From NCBI GenBank assembly GCA_900542735.1, contig UQOS01000004.1:35-64034 (forward strand): DNA of 64,000 bases, in the 5' to 3' direction. The position numbers and the translations under genes were made by a program. Shown one piece after another: positions 19,923 to 28,405 of the stretch; positions within the stretch are counted from its first letter, which is position 1; the number at the start of each line of letters is the position of its first letter. Source of the DNA: an uncultured Mycoplasmatota bacterium (GTDB lineage Bacteria > Bacillota_I > Bacilli_A > RF39 > UBA660). The notes below the pieces were generated by a model. That model was not told where the DNA came from. It saw only the letters and a list, made by a program, of their open reading frames with translations, and made no database searches.

Positions 19923-20806
19923 CCCCTATTAAATTCAATAATAAATTGGTCTAACATCATTGGCATATTTAAATTATAATCTAAACGCTTAATACAAGTA
20001 AACAAAACTTCAATCTTAGAAATTATATTTTCAAAAGAATTAGAATTTATAATAATATCTAATATCTCACCAAAATTATAATAATTTAAATTTTTATATT
20101 TTCTGATAGCATTATCATATACTTGAATCATATCATAAAAAACATCATTCCAAAATTCTCTATTTCTATAATCATTTTCAAGTACAATAGGCAAATAACT
20201 AATAGAATGTAGTTTTCTTTGTTCTAAGGTTTTAATAATCTCACAAGCTTTATCAAAATTTTCTGAAGTTTTCTGGTGATTTTTATTAATGAAAGTATAA
20301 ATCTGACATCTACTTCTAATTGTTTCTAATACTTTATAACGGTTATCAACTTCAAGAATAGCAATAACATTACCATCTGGTTCTTCCAAAAACTTTAATA
20401 AAGAATTGGCTGCTTGCTTATTTAATTTATCAGCTTGTTTAATTAAATAAATACGAGGTCTATTTTGAAAAGAAGTAGTTTTAAATTTTTCCTTTATTTC
20501 TAATATTTGATCTTTTTTAATCCAACTACCATCTGGTGATATTACTAAAAAATCAGATAACGAATGATTATCAATTAAATGACATATATTACATTCATTA
20601 CAACTATCATAATTAGTATAATGGCTTGTACAAAATAGAGTTTTAATAAAAGAAAGAATTAAATCATCTTTCTTCTCATATTGATTTGTCTCTATTAAAA
20701 AAGCATGACTAAGTTTATGATTCTTAATACTATGCATAACTTGTTCATAAAATAAAGGTTGTTCTTCTTTATAATTATCTAACATATTTATCACCTCAAA
20801 AAGCAA
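19919..20806 (-). CDS. holB: DNA polymerase III delta-prime subunit
   Basis: 295 aa with the AAA+ clamp-loader layout. Sits in the conserved holB position next to yaaT, as in Bacillus. Confidence 0.65.
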   Translation of the reverse strand: MLFEVINMLDNYKEEQPLFYEQVMHSIKNHKLSHAFLIETNQYEKKDDLILSFIKTLFCTSHYTNYDSCNECNICHLIDNHSLSDFLVISPDGSWIKKDQILEIKEKFKTTSFQNRPRIYLIKQADKLNKQAANSLLKFLEEPDGNVIAILEVDNRYKVLETIRSRCQIYTFINKNHQKTSENFDKACEIIKTLEQRKLHSISYLPIVLENDYRNREFWNDVFYDMIQVYDNAIRKYKNLNYYNFGEILDIIINSNSFENIISKIEVLFTCIKRLDYNLNMPMMLDQFIIEFNRG

Positions 20807-21014
20807 TCACCAATAATAAAATTAATGATAATAAAGCTGGAAAACCAAGCAAAGTAATAGAAGTTAATGTAATAATATTAATAGGTATCACAAGATTAAA
20901 ATTACTACCAATTGTATTAAATCCATATAGAATAACAAAACTAAAAAACACTCGTCTTAATAAGTAAAATATTTTTTTAAACATATTATTATCACCTATT
21001 AAAAAGTATGACAT
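20796..21014 (-). CDS. bofA: BofA-like small membrane protein (pro-sigma-K processing inhibitor family)
   Basis: VIPINIITLTSITLLGFPALLSLILL resembles the BofA C-terminal helix (HVPINLVTTAISGILGIPGIAAL). Bacillus-like position next to recR. Confidence 0.45.
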   Translation of the reverse strand: MSYFLIGDNNMFKKIFYLLRRVFFSFVILYGFNTIGSNFNLVIPINIITLTSITLLGFPALLSLILLLVIAF

Positions 21015-21024
21015 AATTAAATAC

Positions 21025-21621
21025 TTATTCTACATTTTTTCTATCAACCAATGCTCTTTCTAATGTCATAGCATCAATATATTCCATATCAGCCCCAATT
21101 GGAATACCACTAGCTATTTTAGTAATAGAAATATTCATATCACCTAGAATTCTTTTAATATATAAAGAAGTAGTTTCTCCCTCAATACTAGGTTTAAAAG
21201 CTAATATAATTTCTTTAAAAGATTCGTTTTTAACTCTATCAATTAGCTTTTCTAACTCAATATCTTCAGGATTTATTCCATCTAGTGGAGAAATTAACCC
21301 TTTTAAAACATGATATTTTCCTTTGTATAGCCCTAATTTTTCAAAAAGAAAAACAGATTTAGGATCTTCAACAACACAAAGAGTATCATCACCACGAGAT
21401 TTATCATTACAAATAGGACAAACATCTAAATCAGTAATACCATTACAAATAGGACATTTATGAATTTTGTTTTTTATATTAGATAAACAAGAAGAAAAAA
21501 ATTCAACTTGTTCGTCGTCCATATCCATAATAGCAAAAGCAAATCGTTCTGCTGTTTTTTCTCCTACTCCAGGTAAATACTTAAAAGATTCTATTAATTG
21601 TTGTAGACTATTAGGATACAT
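21025..21621 (-). CDS. recR: Recombination protein RecR
   Basis: HhH motif LPGVGEKTAERF, a C4 zinc finger and a Toprim domain. Confidence 0.9.
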   Translation of the reverse strand: MYPNSLQQLIESFKYLPGVGEKTAERFAFAIMDMDDEQVEFFSSCLSNIKNKIHKCPICNGITDLDVCPICNDKSRGDDTLCVVEDPKSVFLFEKLGLYKGKYHVLKGLISPLDGINPEDIELEKLIDRVKNESFKEIILAFKPSIEGETTSLYIKRILGDMNISITKIASGIPIGADMEYIDAMTLERALVDRKNVE

Positions 21622-21629
21622 AATTACTC

Positions 21630-21929
21630 CTAAAATAGGCCACCAGGCATCATACTACTATATTTTCCCATTTTTTGTTCTGTTACTTTATCAATTTGTT
21701 TAAAAGCATCATTTAAAGCAACTACTAACATATCTTCTATCATTTCTTTATCATCACTAGTAATATCATCATTATCAATAGTAACTTTTGCTACCTCTTT
21801 GTTTCCCTTTACAGTAACACTAACAAATGAGCTAGTTCCTGTAAAAGTCATATTGTCAATTTCTTCTTTTGTCTTCATCATATCTTTTTGTAAAGTTTGT
21901 GCTTGTTTCATTAAAGCTTGTATATTCAT
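21630..21929 (-). CDS. ybaB: Nucleoid-associated protein YbaB/EbfC
   Basis: 99 aa with the ...MMPGGLF C-terminus. Confidence 0.85.
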   Translation of the reverse strand: MNIQALMKQAQTLQKDMMKTKEEIDNMTFTGTSSFVSVTVKGNKEVAKVTIDNDDITSDDKEMIEDMLVVALNDAFKQIDKVTEQKMGKYSSMMPGGLF

Positions 21930-21946
21930 ATTTATCTCCTCTTTTC

Positions 21947-23626
21947 TTAATTAATTGATACCATATCTTCACCAAATAACTTAATAGCCTGTGATTTGAT
22001 ATCACCACTATTACTATTTCGTACTGGTAATGTATCTTTATCACTATCCCTATCAATTGTAACATATTGATAAAGAACATGATTATTCATATTTTGAATA
22101 TATTTTTCTTTTTCTTGATTCCACTCATCATCAGTTAATAAAGCAACGTCATAATGTTTCTGATAAATTTTTTCTAATAATTTCTGAATTTTTAAAATCA
22201 TAGAAAATCCCCTATTAATCATGGATTCATAATTAAAAGATAAAATAACTTCTCCCAATCCAACTGCTCTTATCTTACCATCAGATATAAAACAAGCAGC
22301 AGCCCCATATTCACTATCTAATGCATAATCATTTAAGGAATTCCATTTAGATTCAAACATTCTTTTCTCATTTTTATCAGCTCTGGCAAAACAATTATTA
22401 ACAATCATATCATTTATTTTACCATTTTGTACCAAATTATCATCAGAAATTATTTCCCGGGAAATAATTTTACTTTCTAAATGAGAATTATTATCATTAA
22501 TATCTATTTTTTCTGTATTTTTTGTATCTTCACTACTCTTAGGAATAGATATATCACTTTTAGCTTCTATTTTTTCATTATTTTGTATATTAGCATTCTT
22601 ATTCATATAATTTAAAAAATAAATTTCCACAATTGTTTTAATATCAGAGCTAAACTTAATTTCTTTTAATAAATCATTTAAAAGAATAGAAAAAGAAATT
22701 AAAAAATTAGAATCATATTGAGAATCATTATTAATATAATAATTTATTATTAGGTCTTTACACAAATATAATAAGTCTTGAACAAATAAAACAAAATCTT
22801 TTCCATTATCATATATAGAATCAAGAAAATTAATCGTGTTAGAAATATCACTTGCTTGAATATAATTCAAAAACTGAATTTTTTGTTCTTTGGAAACAAT
22901 ACCATTTACTTTTTCAAAATCATCAATAGTAATACTAGAGTTAGAATATGCATTTAATTTATCTAACATACCAACAGCATCTCTAAGTCCACCATCAGAC
23001 AAATTAGCTATCATTTCTAATACATTATCTTCAATCCTAATATTTTCAGCTTCACAAATATATTTTAATCTGTTAACAATATTTACATTACTAATTCTAT
23101 GAAATTCAAAACACTGACATCTTGAAATAATTGTAGTAGGAACCTTATGTAAATCAGTAGTAGCTAAAATAAATATTACATGCTCTGGTGGTTCCTCAAG
23201 TGTTTTTAATAAAGCGTTAAATGCTCCAATAGATAACATATGTACTTCATCAATAATATAAACTTTATATTTTAGTTGATTTGGAACTAAGTTAACCTTA
23301 TTTTTTATTTCACGAATTTCATCTACTCCATTATTAGAAGCAGCATCTATTTCAATAATATCTGGACAAGATCCTTCATTAATAGAAACACAATTTTCAC
23401 ATTTTCCACAGGCATCTCCATCTTCCAAATTTGTACAATTTACAGCTTTAGCTAAAAGTTTAGCAATTGAGGTTTTTCCAATTCCTCTTGGTCCAGAAAA
23501 CATATATGCATGACAAACTTTATTGTTTAATAAAGCGTTTTTCAAAATTTGTATTACTACATTTTGGCCAATTACATCATTCAATGTAGACGGTCTATAT
23601 TTACGATATAAAGCTTGATAGGACAT
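21947..23626 (-). CDS. dnaX: DNA polymerase III subunit tau/gamma
   Basis: GPRGIGKTS Walker A, a Cys4 zinc module and clamp-loader domains. Confidence 0.9.
   Translation of the reverse strand: MSYQALYRKYRPSTLNDVIGQNVVIQILKNALLNNKVCHAYMFSGPRGIGKTSIAKLLAKAVNCTNLEDGDACGKCENCVSINEGSCPDIIEIDAASNNGVDEIREIKNKVNLVPNQLKYKVYIIDEVHMLSIGAFNALLKTLEEPPEHVIFILATTDLHKVPTTIISRCQCFEFHRISNVNIVNRLKYICEAENIRIEDNVLEMIANLSDGGLRDAVGMLDKLNAYSNSSITIDDFEKVNGIVSKEQKIQFLNYIQASDISNTINFLDSIYDNGKDFVLFVQDLLYLCKDLIINYYINNDSQYDSNFLISFSILLNDLLKEIKFSSDIKTIVEIYFLNYMNKNANIQNNEKIEAKSDISIPKSSEDTKNTEKIDINDNNSHLESKIISREIISDDNLVQNGKINDMIVNNCFARADKNEKRMFESKWNSLNDYALDSEYGAAACFISDGKIRAVGLGEVILSFNYESMINRGFSMILKIQKLLEKIYQKHYDVALLTDDEWNQEKEKYIQNMNNHVLYQYVTIDRDSDKDTLPVRNSNSGDIKSQAIKLFGEDMVSIN
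22452..22465. promoter_or_regulatory. Noc-binding-site palindrome inside the dnaX coding sequence (AGAAATTATTTCCCGGGAAATAATTTT)
   Basis: Perfect 14-mer plus extended arms. On the minus strand it encodes ...ISREIIS... in the DnaX linker. Confidence 0.65.
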
Positions 23627-23686
23627 AATTACACCTCCAAAACATACAAGTATATTATAACATTAAAAAAGCAACAATTAGAACAA

Positions 23687-24145
23687 TTATTGCCTTTTTT
23701 CTATAAAAAATTCCTTTAAAATTTTAGTACAAGATTCCGATAATATCCCACCCATGATTTCCACAGGTAATCCATAATTTTTATCACACAAAATACTATC
23801 AATAGTACCTTTTTCAACATAATAAGGTATAGTGCCATATACAATTTTCTTAATTCTAGACTGATTAATAGCACTAGCACACATTGGGCAAGGAAATAAA
23901 GTAACATATATATCACAATCAATTAATCTCCAATTATGAAGTTTTGCACAGGCTTTTTCAATAGCTATAATTTCAGCGTGCTTAATAGCATTATTTTTAG
24001 TTTCTTTTAAATTATGAGCTTTAGAAACTATGATTCCATCTTTAACAATAACAGCTCCTACTGGTATTTCACCTTTTTTAAATGCTTTTTGAGCTTCTTC
24101 TAATGCTATCTTCATAAATTTTATATCATCATTCATATAAATCAC
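23687..24145 (-). CDS. tadA: tRNA-specific adenosine deaminase
   Basis: HAEIIAI and PCPMC zinc-binding deaminase motifs. Confidence 0.8.
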   Translation of the reverse strand: MIYMNDDIKFMKIALEEAQKAFKKGEIPVGAVIVKDGIIVSKAHNLKETKNNAIKHAEIIAIEKACAKLHNWRLIDCDIYVTLFPCPMCASAINQSRIKKIVYGTIPYYVEKGTIDSILCDKNYGLPVEIMGGILSESCTKILKEFFIEKRQ

Positions 24146-24160
24146 CTAACAATAAAAAAA

Positions 24161-24232
24161 GTGCACATAAATATAAAATGTTAAGGCTGCTATCTTCCAA
24201 TCCTGACCTGGTTCCATCAATATTTATTGCAC
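24161..24232 (-). ncRNA. ffs: Small (4.5S-like) signal recognition particle RNA
   Basis: Minus strand: GUGCAAUAAAUAUUGAUGGAACCAGGUCAGGAUUGGAAGAUAGCAGCCUUAACAUUUUAUAUUUAUGUGCAC. It carries the domain-IV hallmark ACCAGGUCAGGA...GAAG.AGCAGCC. The closing stem GUGCAAUAAAUAU/AUAUUUAUGUGCAC is followed by U7. It sits next to tadA/dnaX, as scr does in B. subtilis. Confidence 0.5.
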
Positions 24233-24266
24233 GTATATATAATAATATATTTTTTCAAAAAAAACA

Positions 24267-24284
24267 ATGTTTCACGTGAAACAT
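24267..24284. promoter_or_regulatory. parS site 1 (ATGTTTCACGTGAAACAT)
   Basis: Perfect 18-bp palindrome matching the ParB/Spo0J parS consensus tGTTtCACGTGAAAca. Confidence 0.8.
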
Positions 24285-24378
24285 TGTAAATTTTTACTTA
24301 AATTAAGTTTTTTATGTATCAAAAAGTAATTTTTTTAAATTTTAAGTCAAAAAAACATTAAATATTTGAATATTTTGT

Positions 24379-24421
24379 ATGTTTCACGTGAAACATTGTG
24401 GAAAATTATTTACCGGGAAAT
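24379..24421. promoter_or_regulatory. Composite: parS site 2 (24379-24396), TGTGGAAAA DnaA-box-like (24397-24405), Noc-site variant ATTTACCGGGAAAT (24408-24421)
   Basis: Read directly from the sequence. Confidence 0.75.
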
Positions 24422-24695
24422 AATTTTTAGTATATTATTCATATTTTTTCATAAAAGTGTGAATAAAAATAACTGTTAAATACTAATTAATTTTTTTTAA
24501 ACATAAATGAAGTTAGTTTCATTATTAGTAGAATAAATTATTAAATATTAAAATTATATAAAATAATTAACATTACACCACTCCCAACTATTAGCTTATC
24601 AGCAAATAAATATAATAATTATTAAATATATCATAAATATTGATTATTACATTTTTATATTTAAAATTTTGATAAAAATCAAATCAATATTATCT

Positions 24696-24713
24696 ATGTT
24701 TCACGTGAAACAT
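24696..24713. promoter_or_regulatory. parS site 3
   Basis: Perfect ATGTTTCACGTGAAACAT. Confidence 0.8.
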
Positions 24714-25000
24714 GTGCATAACTAATCTTTAATAATTGAATAATATATTAGTTATAATTATATATTAAATAGTACTTCGATTACAGATCAAAATTTAAAA
24801 TAACTTATTTCATTTTAAAATATGATTATAATATTTGAAAATATTGATAATTAATTAAAAAAATAATTATTTGTTTTTAATTATAATAAATAAAATCAAA
24901 TATATATTTAATTTTTATTTAAATAATGTCTTTTGAAATAAATATTATTTAATATTGTAAGTAACAAATTAAACTATTAAAAAAGGTACATAAATTATCT

Positions 25001-25043
25001 ATGTTTCACGTGAAACATTGTGGAAAATTATTTCCCGGGAAAT
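25001..25043. promoter_or_regulatory. Composite: parS site 4 (25001-25018), TGTGGAAAA (25019-25027), perfect Noc-binding site ATTTCCCGGGAAAT (25030-25043)
   Basis: Read directly from the sequence. The Noc-binding site is embedded in AAAATTATTTCCCGGGAAATAATTTTT. Confidence 0.8.
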
Positions 25044-25336
25044 AATTTTTGGTACAATGTTGATAACTTCCTAAAAAATTAATAAAAATAAGCTATTGAT
25101 ATTAATTCATTTTCTAAACATAAACAAATTATATTATTTGCTTTATTAATATAATTAATTATTAAGCATAAATATTTTAATTACTTATTAAAATTAAGAT
25201 TATATAAAAATAAATATGCAATTCCAACTATTAATTTATTAATATATTTACATAATTATCATTAAATACATTATAAGTATTAGTAATTATATTGATTATG
25301 ACATTTCTTGATTTAATATTTTAATAAATATTATAT

Positions 25337-25378
25337 ATGTTTCACGTGAAACATGTGGAAAATTATTTTCCAGGAAAT
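25337..25378. promoter_or_regulatory. Composite: parS site 5 (25337-25354), TGTGGAAAA (25354-25362), Noc-site variant ATTTTCCAGGAAAT (25365-25378)
   Basis: Read directly from the sequence. Confidence 0.7.
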
Positions 25379-25610
25379 AATTTTAATGCATATTTATTAT
25401 TTTTTTAATAAAATTTATGATTTATTAGATTAAAAATAATCACTATCATTAATTAAAACATTAATTAATAATATCTAAATTTTTAAATAATAATCAAATA
25501 AAATAAAAAAATATATTTAGTATTTGTTTGAATAGTATTATTTAAAATAAATACTATTTGAACATTGTAGTAATAAACACTAAATAAATTTAAAAAGATA
25601 CATAAATATC

Positions 25611-25653
25611 TATGTTTCACGTGAAACATTGTGGAAAATTATTTCCCGGGAAA
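25611..25653. promoter_or_regulatory. Composite: parS site 6 (25611-25628), TGTGGAAAA (25629-25637), perfect Noc-binding site (25640-25653)
   Basis: Read directly from the sequence. Confidence 0.8.
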
Positions 25654-25712
25654 TAATTTAAAAAAAAATACATATAAATATATGTATAATTTTTCAATAG
25701 CTTTGTTTTTAG

Positions 25713-25744
25713 TTATCCACAATGCAATAGTTTCACGTGAAACA
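25713..25744. promoter_or_regulatory. Consensus DnaA box TTATCCACA (25713-25721) next to parS site 7 (AGTTTCACGTGAAACA, 25729-25744)
   Basis: Read directly from the sequence. Lies 15 bp downstream of the gyrA stop. Confidence 0.7.
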
Positions 25745-25757
25745 TAAAAGAATGTAC

Positions 25758-28394
25758 CTAATCAGATACATTCTCATTATTAACTTCATCATTTACTGAA
25801 TCTGCTTCCAAATTTTCCTCTTCGTCTTTAATAATAGTAGAAACAGTAGCCACCTTTTGATCATCTTTCAACTTGATAAGTCTAACACCCTGCGTTGCTC
25901 TACCTAAAGTAGAAATTTGTTCCATAGACATTCTCATAATAATACCACTGTCAGTAATAATTACAAGATCTTCCTCACCAGTAACAGCTTTTAATGATAC
26001 TAACATACCATTCTTTTCAGTAACATTTAATGCCTTAACACCCTTGCTACCCCTATGAGTTAAACGATATTCATCAATTGGTGTCTTCTTACCATAACCT
26101 TTTTCAGTAACGATCAACACTTGTTCGTTATCAACAATTACTTCTCCACCAATAACTTTAGCATCACCAAGGTCGATACCACGAACTCCAGAAGCTGTAC
26201 GACCCATAATACGAACTTCGTTTTCCACAAATCTAACCATTCTACCATTAGAAGCACCAATAATAATCTCATTTTCCCCAGTTGTTTTACGAACAGCTAT
26301 CAATTCATCATCATCTTTTAAACTAATAGCTATCTTTCCACTACTTCTAATATTATCAAATTCAGATAAATCAGTTCTCTTAACAATACCATTCTTCGTA
26401 ATAAAGAATAAATAATTATAATCATGTTCCTTGGCAGTAAGTGAAATAATTGAATTAATCTTTTCATCTTTTTCCACAGGTAGTAAGTTAACTATTGGCA
26501 AACCTTTGCTTTGTCTGCTAAATTCTGGAACCTCATAACCCTTCATTCTATATACTTTTCCTTTATTACTAAAGAATAAAATATAATCATGTGTCTCCAT
26601 ATTAAGCATTTTTTCAACAAAATCCTCTTCATTAGTAGACATACCCTTAATACCTACTCCACCACGATTTTGAGTACGATATTCATCTACTAACATACGT
26701 TTAATATAACCTCTATTAGTTAATGTAATTAAAGTGTTTTCAACAGGAATAAGTGATTCATCTTCAATATAATCTATTGCCGTCATATCAATTTTCGATC
26801 TTCTATCATCACCATATTTACGCTTAATTTCAAGCATTTCTTCTTTAATAATACTTAATACTCTCTCTTCAGAAGCTAAAATTGACTTATAATCAGCTAT
26901 TTTAACTAGTAAATCATTAAGTTCAGCCTCTACTTTTCCACGCTCTAAACCAGTCAAACGGCGTAATCTCATTTCAAGAATACTGTTAGCTTGAATCTCA
27001 TCTAAACTAAATCTAGACATTAAATTATTTCTAGCCTCGTCATCACTCTCAGCTGCTCTAATAATATGCACAACTTCATCAATATTATCAAGAGCAATGC
27101 GTAATCCCTCTAAAATATGTACTCTTTCTTCTGCTTTTCCTAAATCATATCTAGTTCTTCTAATAATTACTTCTTTTTGATAATCAATATACTTAGAAAT
27201 AATATCTTTGATGCCTAAAGTTCTAGGTGTTTGACCATCTAATACTAAGAAAATAATACCATAAGAAATTTGAAAATTAGTATGTTTATACAACTGATTT
27301 AAAATTACTTGAGCATTTGCATCTTTCTTTAAAGTAATCGTAATCTTAATACCATCTTTTAAATCAGTATGATAATCTGTAATACCTTCTATTGTTTTGT
27401 TATGAACTAACTCTGCAACCTTATTTTTAAGTTCCATAGTATTAACACCATAAGGTACCTCATCAATAATGATACAACTATGATTACCATGTTCTTCAAT
27501 AGTAGCTTTACTACGAATCGTAATAGAACCCCTACCAGTTTCATAAGCTTTCTTAATACCTGAATTACCAAGAATGATACCACCAGTTGGAAAATCAGGT
27601 CCTTTAATATATTCCATCAATCCCATAGTATCAATATCAGGATTATCAATGTAAGCAACACAACCATCAATAACTTCACTTAAATTATGAGGGGGAATAT
27701 TAGTAGCCATACCAACAGCAATTCCCATAGAACCATTTACAAGTACATTAGGAAATCTAGAAGGTAAAACAACAGGTTCCTTTCTCGTTGCATCAAAGTT
27801 ATCTTCCATATCAACTGTATCTTTATTAATATCTCTTAATAACTCTAGTGATATTTTAGCAAGTCTTGATTCAGTATAACGCATAGCTGCAGCGCCATCA
27901 CCCTCAATATTACCAAAATTACCATGTCCATCAATTAACATATATCTTTGATTAAAGTCCTGTGCTAAACGTACCATAGCTTCATAAATAGAACTATCTC
28001 CATGTGGGTGATAATTACCCATAACTTCTCCGACCGTTTTAGCGCTCTTCTTATGAGGTTTATCTGGTGTATAACCTGATTCATACATAGACCATAAAAT
28101 TCGTCTATGAACAGGCTTTAAACCATCTCTAAGGTCAGGTAAAGCACGAGATTTAATAACACTCATAGAATATTCCATAAAAGAAGTCTTAACTTCATCC
28201 ACTATATTATTGTGGTCTAATCTATCTCTTTCATGAAAATAACCACTAAAATTACTATTTGACTTTATCTTATCAGCATCTTCTTGAGAATTATTATCAT
28301 TAACAGTAATATCAGAACTATTATCAGTATCATTATTACTATTATCTTCACTAGATCTAGCTAATAATTCATTTAAATCATCTTTATTGTCCAT
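25758..28394 (-). CDS. gyrA: DNA gyrase subunit A
   Basis: 878 aa. The active-site Tyr region AAMRYTE and GyrA-box beta-pinwheel repeats. Confidence 0.95.
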   Translation of the reverse strand: MDNKDDLNELLARSSEDNSNNDTDNSSDITVNDNNSQEDADKIKSNSNFSGYFHERDRLDHNNIVDEVKTSFMEYSMSVIKSRALPDLRDGLKPVHRRILWSMYESGYTPDKPHKKSAKTVGEVMGNYHPHGDSSIYEAMVRLAQDFNQRYMLIDGHGNFGNIEGDGAAAMRYTESRLAKISLELLRDINKDTVDMEDNFDATRKEPVVLPSRFPNVLVNGSMGIAVGMATNIPPHNLSEVIDGCVAYIDNPDIDTMGLMEYIKGPDFPTGGIILGNSGIKKAYETGRGSITIRSKATIEEHGNHSCIIIDEVPYGVNTMELKNKVAELVHNKTIEGITDYHTDLKDGIKITITLKKDANAQVILNQLYKHTNFQISYGIIFLVLDGQTPRTLGIKDIISKYIDYQKEVIIRRTRYDLGKAEERVHILEGLRIALDNIDEVVHIIRAAESDDEARNNLMSRFSLDEIQANSILEMRLRRLTGLERGKVEAELNDLLVKIADYKSILASEERVLSIIKEEMLEIKRKYGDDRRSKIDMTAIDYIEDESLIPVENTLITLTNRGYIKRMLVDEYRTQNRGGVGIKGMSTNEEDFVEKMLNMETHDYILFFSNKGKVYRMKGYEVPEFSRQSKGLPIVNLLPVEKDEKINSIISLTAKEHDYNYLFFITKNGIVKRTDLSEFDNIRSSGKIAISLKDDDELIAVRKTTGENEIIIGASNGRMVRFVENEVRIMGRTASGVRGIDLGDAKVIGGEVIVDNEQVLIVTEKGYGKKTPIDEYRLTHRGSKGVKALNVTEKNGMLVSLKAVTGEEDLVIITDSGIIMRMSMEQISTLGRATQGVRLIKLKDDQKVATVSTIIKDEEENLEADSVNDEVNNENVSD

Positions 28395-28405
28395 ACTACG
28401 CCTCC

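Larger units (their letters stand above)
24240..25757. repeat. Degenerate tandem array with a period of about 610-625 bp (roughly 300-bp half-units) of AT-rich spacer-homologous repeats. Each unit carries parS, and every other unit carries the parS / DnaA-box / Noc-site composite.
   Basis: parS copies lie at 24267, 24379, 24696, 25001, 25337, 25611 and 25729. The spacers share recognisable homology (for example ...attccaactatta..., ...attgattatgacatttcttgatttaatatttt...). There is no ORF. Confidence 0.8.

Noticed and set aside
24233-24340. Possible extension of the SRP RNA into a long Bacillus-type molecule with an Alu domain
   Set aside because: The flanking sequence is an AT-rich parS-containing spacer on one side and the tadA start on the other. 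Neither shows a GC-containing helix.
24240-25757. Possible CRISPR array, rRNA/tRNA gene cluster or IS element in the 1.5 kb repeat-containing gap
   Set aside because: The repeats are perfect palindromes matching parS and Noc-binding-site consensus. The spacers are homologous to each other rather than unique. There is no GC-rich rRNA or tRNA-like sequence, no leader or cas genes, and no transposase ORF.
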